Below, piece by piece: positions 56,377-64,000 of a DNA stretch of 64,000 nucleotides (its first letter is position 1; each line of letters begins with the position of its first letter). The notes beneath the pieces are model-generated. The model was not told the origin of the DNA. It was given only the letters and a program-made list of their open reading frames with translations, and made no database searches. Both the position numbers and the translations under genes were made by a program. Origin of the DNA: a virus (lineage: Duplodnaviria > Caudoviricetes); the IMG/VR virus record IMGVR_UViG_3300035204_001725, positions 366 through 64,365 of that record; one strand, given 5' to 3'.

Positions 56377-56975
56377 TGGCTAGGTATACAAAAATATTAA
56401 AAACAAAAGCTATAAACAAGCTGTCTAAGGATACGACTGTCCAGCAGAGAGTATACCAAAAAAGCAAGGAGATCTTTGACCTGAGAAAGAGGCAAATGCT
56501 GGAGGAATTTAAAAATCATCCAGTTACAAGAGAAATAGAAGAGGGGCCAGAGGCTTCAAATGTAAGTAATACGATTTTGGGAAAGGGGAACTTATATAGT
56601 TTTATTGGTTTCAGAGACGGAGAAAGACCCATCGATAAAGTATATAACTTATTAAATGCGGGGACAAAATTATCAAGAATAAAACCCAGAACTCAGAAAG
56701 TGGGTCGTAGTGTATATATGGGATTCAGGGTCATAACTCCCACTGTATCAGAATTGTCTAGAGTAAGCAAAATGCCTTGGGAACCCGGGAGCTGGCTGTT
56801 TAAGGTAGAAAGGGGCATATCTGGGCTGGGCTATTACATATATGAAAAATATATCAAGGCTAGTAGGTCTGGTACGGGTATTCAGGTGGATGGAAAAGTA
56901 AGAGCAGGTGGGTATAAGGCCACGAAATATATGAGTGCCATATTAAACACGTTTAAAAAGAATTTTAGAAAATGA
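56376..56975 (+). CDS. Tail completion / neck protein
   Basis: Basic protein in the canonical third neck position. Confidence 0.45.
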   Translation: MARYTKILKTKAINKLSKDTTVQQRVYQKSKEIFDLRKRQMLEEFKNHPVTREIEEGPEASNVSNTILGKGNLYSFIGFRDGERPIDKVYNLLNAGTKLSRIKPRTQKVGRSVYMGFRVITPTVSELSRVSKMPWEPGSWLFKVERGISGLGYYIYEKYIKASRSGTGIQVDGKVRAGGYKATKYMSAILNTFKKNFRK

Positions 56976-57823
56976 AAACTCAATACGAAAATAGAGTATT
57001 ATCAAGTTTTTTATTGTGGTTTGATCATACGCTTCTAGACAAGGGAGAAGCGTTTACTAATCACGGGTCCAAGTTTTACTCGACTAATGGGCTTTATTAT
57101 AACTATTTTGCCTACGGTGCGCCGTTTAAACAGTTTGTTACTGACTCCTCAATAAGCAACGCTGTTGTGATGAGTGGCGTACACGTAGGCTCTTCTTTTC
57201 ATAAGACTGGACAGGGAAATCTCGTTGATATCAACTATGACCAAGGTCAGGTTTATTTTAGCGCAGATCAAGGAACCAGTGTTCTTAGCGGAAACTATGC
57301 CCTTAAGGACTTTAATGTATACCTTACCAGTAAGGCCGAGCAAGAGATCCTCTTTGAAGATAAAATCCAGCTAAGGCCGTCGACTTCTCAAACGGAGACG
57401 GGCTTGGCTTCGGAAGTGTCAACTTATCCAGCGGTTTTTATCAAAAATAACGGGGGCCAAAACGACCCCTTTGCCTTTGGGGGCGAAGACGCGACGAAAA
57501 CAGATGTTAGGGCGATTGCTCTGGCTGATTCCCAATTTAACCTAGATGCGCTGTGCTCAATCTTTAAAGATCAAGCGCGAATTCGGGTTCCAATTTTACC
57601 TGATGATAAATATCCACTAAATGCTCTCGGCGGACTGAAATCAGGTGTATATAATTACACAGGACTTGTGGACGGGATACAAGACGAAGTTTATTTAAAA
57701 AACGTTGAAGTTTCCCGCTTTAGTTTAGGGTATATGGAAAATCTTAATAACACCAACCCTGATGTTTTTAAGGCAATAATTGATTTCGAATTAGAAGGTT
57801 ACCGCTTTCCTCGCGCGAGTTAA
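56972..57823 (+). CDS. Tail terminator-like protein
   Basis: YPAVFI....N.PFAFGG motif; directly upstream of the tail tube gene. Confidence 0.5.
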   Translation: MKTQYENRVLSSFLLWFDHTLLDKGEAFTNHGSKFYSTNGLYYNYFAYGAPFKQFVTDSSISNAVVMSGVHVGSSFHKTGQGNLVDINYDQGQVYFSADQGTSVLSGNYALKDFNVYLTSKAEQEILFEDKIQLRPSTSQTETGLASEVSTYPAVFIKNNGGQNDPFAFGGEDATKTDVRAIALADSQFNLDALCSIFKDQARIRVPILPDDKYPLNALGGLKSGVYNYTGLVDGIQDEVYLKNVEVSRFSLGYMENLNNTNPDVFKAIIDFELEGYRFPRAS

Positions 57824-57896
57824 GCTAGGCTAAAGGCACAAGTTCAGTAAAACTAACAACAAATTAACAATATATATATAAGGAAAATAACTAGTT

Positions 57897-59036
57897 ATGG
57901 CTAAAAACAGAGTAATCTATCAAAGTCAGGCCGTATATGCAGGTCGTGACAAAAACGCTAAGGGTGATACCGGATGGCAATCCGAGTCCGGAGACGGAAG
58001 TGCGACGCACGCAAATCACCCCAACCAATTAAAACGAGTACAGAGTGCTAACTATGGGTTTGATATCACTCGTACTGATGTAAACCAATTCGGCGAATTG
58101 GCTCGTATCGACAGTATCATTCTTGAGTCTCCAGTGGTAAACTTTGACTCTTCTTGGTACCTGTGTAACTTTTATAACGAAGATCAAATCGGACTTAAAG
58201 TTAATCAAACCGGTGTAGCAAACGCTAGCTTGGCGAGTATCTTGTCAGATGTTCTTACGTCACACGCTGGAGAAAGAAATTATTATATCCGCGTCGTTGA
58301 CGAAGGTAGCGATGCCAAAGGATATACTAACGCCAGTGAAGTTAGTACTAACAGTGACGTTATCGGTATTGGTAACGCTTTCTTAACTAACTGGAGCTGC
58401 GAAGGCGCAGTCGGTGGATTCCCAACAGCGAATATTACTGTCGAAGGTATGAACATCGCGTTCACAAAGGGAACCGGCGGCTTACAGCCTTGGGTCAGTG
58501 GCGCTAATGGAGCAAAGAACACCTCTAAATACTTCACCCTTCCTGCGGTTACATCCGCTGGCGACTCAGCGAGCACGCAGTCGGCTATCAAGCCCGGAGA
58601 TGTTACCCTAACCTTACCGAGTGAGCAGGGTGGCGCGGAGTTGGGTCAAATGCACGTTCAAAGCTTCAACGCTGCCGTGGATATGTCCAGAGAGCCATTG
58701 CAAAAGCTTGGTTCACGTTTTGCTTATTCCCGTGAGATCACGTTCCCAATTAACGCGACAATGTCTGTTGACGCGTTGGTAAGTGACATGAAGACTGGCG
58801 ACTTAGTAGACATGATTGACCGTAACATCGACAATACTATCATTGTCAATATGACCAATACAGCCGGCGACAGCAAAGGCGACATGGCAATCGTCATGAA
58901 AAAGGCTAAGTTGGATAGTCAGAGCTTGTCTCAAAGCATCGGTGATAATCAAACTGTTACCTACAACTGGAGCGCCCAGATCGGTTCCTCGACGGATACC
59001 GCTAATGGCCTCTTCTTGAGCGGTAATCACGCTTAA
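57897..59036 (+). CDS. Major tail tube protein
   Basis: RVQSANYGFDITRTDVNQFG and the internal repeat VQSFNAAVDMSREPLQKLG; followed by a terminator, chaperones and TMP. Confidence 0.75.
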   Translation: MAKNRVIYQSQAVYAGRDKNAKGDTGWQSESGDGSATHANHPNQLKRVQSANYGFDITRTDVNQFGELARIDSIILESPVVNFDSSWYLCNFYNEDQIGLKVNQTGVANASLASILSDVLTSHAGERNYYIRVVDEGSDAKGYTNASEVSTNSDVIGIGNAFLTNWSCEGAVGGFPTANITVEGMNIAFTKGTGGLQPWVSGANGAKNTSKYFTLPAVTSAGDSASTQSAIKPGDVTLTLPSEQGGAELGQMHVQSFNAAVDMSREPLQKLGSRFAYSREITFPINATMSVDALVSDMKTGDLVDMIDRNIDNTIIVNMTNTAGDSKGDMAIVMKKAKLDSQSLSQSIGDNQTVTYNWSAQIGSSTDTANGLFLSGNHA

Positions 59037-59052
59037 TCTAACCCCAATTCAC

Positions 59053-59081
59053 AAGCCCCCCAAGAAATTGGGGGGTTTTTT
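59053..59081 (+). terminator. Rho-independent terminator
   Basis: AAGCCCCCCAA-GAAA-TTGGGGGGTTT plus T tract. Confidence 0.9.
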
Positions 59082-59128
59082 ATTTTATATCTATATCGCT
59101 TTTTCTTATAATAAGTAGGAAAAAGGCT

Positions 59129-59356
59129 ATGACTGGGGATCCGGATAAAGGGAGGGATTTCATTAAATTCCATCACAAGCGCAAGACAATTAACTTGTGT
59201 AAGTCTTTTTTGTTTTTATTAGAAGACATAAAGGGCGAATCGTTGTCTGAAGATAAGTATCAAAAAGTTAGAAAAAGGATTCTTGATATGGGTAATGATT
59301 CCATAAGGGAGTTCGATGATCATTTAGAAAGCTTTAACATTAATATAAGGTTATAA
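59129..59356 (+). CDS. Hypothetical protein
   Basis: 75-aa helical ORF preceded by TTTATA-17-TATAAT (59084-59112). Confidence 0.6.
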   Translation: MTGDPDKGRDFIKFHHKRKTINLCKSFLFLLEDIKGESLSEDKYQKVRKRILDMGNDSIREFDDHLESFNINIRL

Positions 59357-59360
59357 GGAT

Positions 59361-60233
59361 ATGAAAAAATTATTTGAATTTACGCTTCCAAAGGAAGAGC
59401 TGGTAAAAGAAACCGAAACGTCGAAAAACGAAAATGGCGAAGAAATCACCACCACCAAAGAAGTTAAAAAAACAATAGACAAGCAGTACTTTTTGCGTAA
59501 ACCTACGAGAAGGCTCTTCGACGAAGCGGAGTTATTTTACGGAGTACAATTGTCCAAGGGTATTAAAGCTGGACTATTAACTAGAGCTTTACTGCAAAAA
59601 AGATTTAGTAATGACGGAGGTACGCTTGGAGAAAAAGAGCGCGAAGAATGGGCAAATTTATATAGTGAAATTTTTGATAAACAAGTCGAAATACAAAAAC
59701 TTGTCCTTATCGATGACCGTTCTCCAGAAGAGGAGACTCAATTTTTAAACGCAAAAGAATACCTTAAAGATGCAAGAGTACGTATTCAGGAATTTGAAAT
59801 GCAACAATCTTCGTTGTATGACCAAACCGCTGAGAACCGAGCGAGAAACAAAACTATTTTATGGTGGGTATTACATTTAGCTAGCTATACAGATAGTGAA
59901 GATAACCAGAAACCCTTTTTTGGAGACGGGGAATACGAAGATAGGATTCAAATATACGACCGTATGGAAGAGGAGGAAGAAGAGTTCATGGCGACATGTA
60001 TTAATAAGTTCTTTTATTATGTGAGCTTCTGGTACGTTAGTAAGACTAGTGATCCCGAACAGTTTAAGGATTTAATTAAATTTGCCGAACAACAAGACTT
60101 GGAGGATAGAGAAAGAGCTTCTGTCGAAGAAGCGAGTGAAGAAGAATCCACGACAACAGAAATCACTGAGGAGCCCGCTGAGGAAGATCCATTTGAGGAT
60201 ATTACTGAAGAAGCTCCAGATAGTCAAGACTAA
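59361..60233 (+). CDS. Probable tail assembly chaperone
   Basis: Acidic and helical, LRKPTRR motif, located between tail tube and TMP. Confidence 0.55.
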   Translation: MKKLFEFTLPKEELVKETETSKNENGEEITTTKEVKKTIDKQYFLRKPTRRLFDEAELFYGVQLSKGIKAGLLTRALLQKRFSNDGGTLGEKEREEWANLYSEIFDKQVEIQKLVLIDDRSPEEETQFLNAKEYLKDARVRIQEFEMQQSSLYDQTAENRARNKTILWWVLHLASYTDSEDNQKPFFGDGEYEDRIQIYDRMEEEEEEFMATCINKFFYYVSFWYVSKTSDPEQFKDLIKFAEQQDLEDRERASVEEASEEESTTTEITEEPAEEDPFEDITEEAPDSQD

Positions 60234-60252
60234 TAATGCCTATCGTAACCTT

Positions 60253-60280
60253 GGGGGCCCTAACAACAGGGCCCCTTTTT
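60253..60280 (+). terminator. Rho-independent terminator-like hairpin
   Basis: GGGGCCCT-AACAAC-AGGGCCCC-TTTTT. Confidence 0.75.
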
Positions 60281-60284
60281 GCTT

Positions 60285-61319
60285 ATGCCCGAAGAAGTAA
60301 TACCAAAAGCCGCAGAAATTGACTTAAAGCTGGTCTTCGCTGACGTTTTAAGGGGCCATACGGTCATCAAAAATAGACACTTGGGGGAAAATGAATTTTA
60401 TATTAAACATTTAAATTTGTTTGATAATATCCAAACCGACAAGAACTATAACGAAGCCTTAGAGAAAGCGAAGAAAAAAAATCTTCCGACGGAAAGAGAT
60501 CAAAAAAAATATTTAGAAGAAGAGGGCCTTTGGACGAAAGAAAACGAAAGGGAGGTGGCTGAACTAGGGCCTTATATATCTAATTTAAAAGTTACTAAAA
60601 GTAAATTATTTTTATTGTCCCAAGTAAAACCAATTAAAAAAGACATAGAAGAAGCCGAACGAAAGCTAGAGTCTTTGATATTAGAGCGTTCAGAACTAAT
60701 GGGGTTTACTGCAGAAAGATACGCTCACAAGAAATCAAATGAAATGTATATTCAATACGCTGTCTACAAGGATAAAGAATTTAAAGAGCTGGCTTTAGAC
60801 GATGAAAAGTTTAATCATCTGTCGGACGAGCAATTAAGCGAATTAACTACTGACTATAATAAAGCGACCTTGTATGTAACTTTGGATAATTTAAAGAGAA
60901 TATCACTATCTCCCTTTTTCGGTAACTACTTTTATTTATGCGACGATAATCCTCAAATTTTTTACGGAAAACCCGTGATAAACTTAACCTTTTTTCAGGC
61001 AGAGCTTTTTGCTTATGGAAGATATTTTAAAAGCTTGGCTCAGGACTCCAAGGCCTCTCCTCCAGATGATATAAGCAATGATCCCGATAAGCTAATAGAA
61101 TTTTATGAAATGAGAAAGAACGCGGACGAAGTTATGCAAAAGATTGACGAGAAAGCCGGAGACAAATCGGGCGCGACATCTCTTGTCGGCGCGACGAAGG
61201 AGGATTTGAAGGCAATCGGCGTTAACAGTGCCGGGCCGCAAACAGTTAATTTGTCAAAACTCGCCAAGGAAAAAGGCGGCACTTTAAGTATGGATGATTT
61301 TGTAGATTTACATAGCTAA
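60285..61319 (+). CDS. Probable second tail assembly chaperone
   Basis: Directly upstream of TMP; LT..Q..L..Y...F...PP......D.L..F pattern. Start is probably ATG 60285. Confidence 0.55.
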   Translation: MPEEVIPKAAEIDLKLVFADVLRGHTVIKNRHLGENEFYIKHLNLFDNIQTDKNYNEALEKAKKKNLPTERDQKKYLEEEGLWTKENEREVAELGPYISNLKVTKSKLFLLSQVKPIKKDIEEAERKLESLILERSELMGFTAERYAHKKSNEMYIQYAVYKDKEFKELALDDEKFNHLSDEQLSELTTDYNKATLYVTLDNLKRISLSPFFGNYFYLCDDNPQIFYGKPVINLTFFQAELFAYGRYFKSLAQDSKASPPDDISNDPDKLIEFYEMRKNADEVMQKIDEKAGDKSGATSLVGATKEDLKAIGVNSAGPQTVNLSKLAKEKGGTLSMDDFVDLHS

Positions 61320-61333
61320 AATTCCCAAAATTA

Positions 61334-61344
61334 GTGTAATTATA
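61334..61344 (+). promoter_or_regulatory. Putative phage late promoter (GTGTAATTATA)
   Basis: Recurrent motif upstream of the TMP ATG. Confidence 0.6.
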
Positions 61345-61359
61345 TATGGAATAAGGTAA

Positions 61360-64000
61360 ATGGCTAGAGACGACACAATGATCATGGAGCTGAGGCTTAG
61401 GCTTGACAAGGCCGAAAGAGAATTGGGTCGTTTCGTAAAAAAAGCAGAACGAACACAGATCAACCTTAAAGGTATCGATCATAGAAAATTTACTCAACCC
61501 TTGGGTAAAATTACCGGTTCCGTTTCGGAATTTCAAAAGTCCTTAGAAGCTTCTAACGCGCGCGTTATTGCGTTTACTGCGTCGGCGGGAGTACTGTTTA
61601 CTGTTACCAAGGCTTTTCAGGAGATGGCGAGAGCTACGATTAACGTTGAAAAGAATTTACAAGACATCAACGTTATCATGGGGGCCACCACCAGAAATTT
61701 AAAACAATTTGGTAATGAATTGTTTAACGTAGCGCAAACCACTGGCCAAAGTTTTGATGAAGTCGCCCAAGCCGCAACAGAGTTCGCTCGTCAAGGGTTA
61801 ACTATGGAGAAAACCCTTATTCGTACGAGAGACGCTCTGATTTTAACAAGGCTTTCGGGTATGGATGCAACCGCTGCGGTTAATGCTCTAACTGCCGCTA
61901 TTAACTCTTTCAGTAGAAGCGCTATTACTTCGACGGAAATTATTAATAGGATGGCTAATGTCGATGCCGCATTCGCTGTAAGTACGAATGACTTAGCTGA
62001 AGCTATTCGTCGTGTCGGCGCAAGCGCAGACGACGTTAACGTATCGTTTAACGAACTGATTTCCGTCGTTACTTCGGTTCAGCAAACTACCGCTCGTGGC
62101 GGTAATGTCATTGGTAACTCGCTTAAGACTATCTTCACTAGAATTCAAAGGACAGAGGTAATCGATCAACTTCAAACCCTAGGGGTAACAGTTAGAGACC
62201 TACAAGGCAATATGCGTCCCGCCATGCAGGTCTTACAAGACTTTGCTAAGGTATACGATAAAATCAATCCCGCTCTTAAGGCTCAAACCGCCGAGTTAGT
62301 CGGTGGCGTATACCAAATGAATATTTTAAAGTCTATCCTTAAAGACTTAAAGAGCGAATATTCAATCTATAACAACGCATTGGATGTTGCAAATAACAGT
62401 ACGGATGAGGCAATTAAAAGGAACGCCGAACTGAATAAAACCCTTTCTGCTTTAATCAATGAATCTATACAGGGATTAACTAAAATTGGGGCGGAAGCGG
62501 GCAAGGTAACTTTAGAGCCATTGTTTAGGAGGATATTAGACGGCTTTAATACCTTAAGTAGCGAAATAGAATTGTTCGGCGACATTGGTGACCTATTTGG
62601 CTTTAACAAAGAAGACGCCAGTAAATTCGGTAAAGATTTGGCTAGTAATATAATGGGCTCTATCGGCAACTTTCTGTCTGGCCCGGGTTTCATTGCGTTG
62701 GGCGCGATAGCTGGCAAACTGTTTTTAGATTTTACAAAGTTCTTGGGCAAGGCGGTAATGGATTTCGCTAATCTTAATAAAAATGCTCAACAGCAAGCGG
62801 TTCTACAGGAACAAATTAGGTTGTCCTTAGCCTCAAACCCAGATCTAGTAGACTCTATCACTAGGAAAGAAAAGACTCGTAATGATGTAGAACGAATGAT
62901 CTTGGCCTCATTAAAAGAAGAAATTTTACTAAGACAACAAATAGAAAAATTGTCTGCCGGCGCGGGAGCTAGAGCTCAGGCCGCGGGTTATGGCGCGGTT
63001 ACTAATAAGGGAACTGGAGAAAGCAGAATTACTTATCGAGGTAAATCTAAAGGATTTGTTCCCAACTTCAGCAATATACAAGAATACGTGGGTGCGGTTT
63101 CTGGGGGTTATAAACCCGGCGATATCAAAAAGATGTTTATTAAAGGCGAGGGTAATGTAACATATAATACCGCAGAAAAAGTTAAGAAGTTCCCGGGGAT
63201 GGAACAACGAGCCATTATGCCACCAGAGAACAGTGAAGCGGGAGAAGAATACAAAAAGAAATTTTCGAAACAGCACGGTTTCAATCCCTATGCAAGTGGC
63301 GGTTTCCTTCCTAATTTGATGGGTGTTCTTACCTCGATGAGGACACATGTTTCAAACCCAACCGGGGGGAAAACTGGAAGTATGTCGAACATGCTTAAGA
63401 TTCCTTACGACAACCTAACTAATCTCAGTAAGGATAATGGTACCAAACCATGGATGAAGCCGATTTGGAAACACATACTTAGACCCGGCGAAGGGGTTAA
63501 TTTAAGAACGATGGGTCATCAGCCCACCCTCCAGAATCAAGCTGGACTTTCAACAGGCCGAGGTAGAGGGGGGCATGATCGAGGGCTTGAGGTAGAATCG
63601 CGCTTGGCGCAAAGACAAGGGAATTTTTCGTTTAAGGATAAGTTTAAGGCTTCCGGTGGTAAGGGCACATTGCCGACTCTTCCTGTAGACTTAGGAACCA
63701 TGTCCAAAACTGGGAGAGCTTACCCGGTAGAATCGAAGAGTAAATGGGCGAGTAAAACATTTGCCCAACTTTTACACAAGACTCTTTATGAAAACAACAG
63801 TCAATCTTTACGTCAGGTAAAGATGAGATTAAAAAGAAAAATGGATACTGGTGATTCAAAAGCGGGAGGGATGTTGGATACGCTTCAAAGACAAATGGGT
63901 CTTTATACACATTCTCAAGATAAGCAGCTCTCAGAATATACTGGCGGTAAAATTACGAGCTTGGACCAATTTAATCGTCAAGTGGGTTATGATAGTAAAA
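61360..64000 (+). CDS. Tail tape measure protein (TP901-like), truncated by the window end; absent from the ORF track
   Basis: ATG 61360 MARDDTM...; ATEFARQG, ANVDAAFAVSTNDLAEAIRRVG and TARGGNVIGNSLKTIFTRIQR; the frame is still open at 64000. Confidence 0.92.
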   Translation, partial: MARDDTMIMELRLRLDKAERELGRFVKKAERTQINLKGIDHRKFTQPLGKITGSVSEFQKSLEASNARVIAFTASAGVLFTVTKAFQEMARATINVEKNLQDINVIMGATTRNLKQFGNELFNVAQTTGQSFDEVAQAATEFARQGLTMEKTLIRTRDALILTRLSGMDATAAVNALTAAINSFSRSAITSTEIINRMANVDAAFAVSTNDLAEAIRRVGASADDVNVSFNELISVVTSVQQTTARGGNVIGNSLKTIFTRIQRTEVIDQLQTLGVTVRDLQGNMRPAMQVLQDFAKVYDKINPALKAQTAELVGGVYQMNILKSILKDLKSEYSIYNNALDVANNSTDEAIKRNAELNKTLSALINESIQGLTKIGAEAGKVTLEPLFRRILDGFNTLSSEIELFGDIGDLFGFNKEDASKFGKDLASNIMGSIGNFLSGPGFIALGAIAGKLFLDFTKFLGKAVMDFANLNKNAQQQAVLQEQIRLSLASNPDLVDSITRKEKTRNDVERMILASLKEEILLRQQIEKLSAGAGARAQAAGYGAVTNKGTGESRITYRGKSKGFVPNFSNIQEYVGAVSGGYKPGDIKKMFIKGEGNVTYNTAEKVKKFPGMEQRAIMPPENSEAGEEYKKKFSKQHGFNPYASGGFLPNLMGVLTSMRTHVSNPTGGKTGSMSNMLKIPYDNLTNLSKDNGTKPWMKPIWKHILRPGEGVNLRTMGHQPTLQNQAGLSTGRGRGGHDRGLEVESRLAQRQGNFSFKDKFKASGGKGTLPTLPVDLGTMSKTGRAYPVESKSKWASKTFAQLLHKTLYENNSQSLRQVKMRLKRKMDTGDSKAGGMLDTLQRQMGLYTHSQDKQLSEYTGGKITSLDQFNRQVGYDSK

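Noticed and set aside
60082-60300. Lambda G/GT-type programmed frameshift between the two chaperone genes
   Set aside because: The downstream frame has a TAA at 60261 and a terminator-like hairpin lies between the genes, so a single frameshift cannot fuse them.
61246-63910. Minus-strand ORFs listed in the track over the last 2.7 kb
   Set aside because: The real gene is the + strand tape measure ORF from 61360, omitted from the track because it has no stop inside the window.
1-64000. Stop-codon reassignment, as seen in some large phages
   Set aside because: Genes tile densely and at full length under the standard code, and TAA, TAG and TGA all terminate genes.

Overview
This window is the glycosylation, packaging and virion-morphogenesis region of a large tailed dsDNA phage (Caudoviricetes) using the standard genetic code, with almost all genes on the + strand. 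Gene order: a sugar-modification cassette (1-7461); PhoH, ClpP and a sulfotransferase; a sigma-like factor; an ERCC4-type nuclease; terminase; portal; a tail-tube paralogue; small membrane, lipoprotein and metal-binding genes; prohead protease-scaffold; decoration protein; major capsid; a ~29 kb block of fibre/adhesin proteins (collagen, LamG, discoidin, Ig, Cys-rich, mucin-like); neck and tail-completion genes; tail tube; chaperones; and a tape measure gene that runs off the right end. The standout is the 357-bp intergenic gap at 29438-29794. It holds a near-consensus sigma70 promoter driving an ORF-less group I ribozyme with no upstream 5' exon. Its internal guide sequence (AAUCGGCC) instead pairs with a 5' splice site (GGCU|GA) lying 76 nt DOWNSTREAM of the 3' splice site, and also with the start of the 3' exon (GAUU). 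That geometry predicts a natural circularly permuted, self-targeting group I intron that releases a 76-nt rod-shaped circular RNA. All calls come from reading motifs and pairing bases by hand; no database search or folding program was run.
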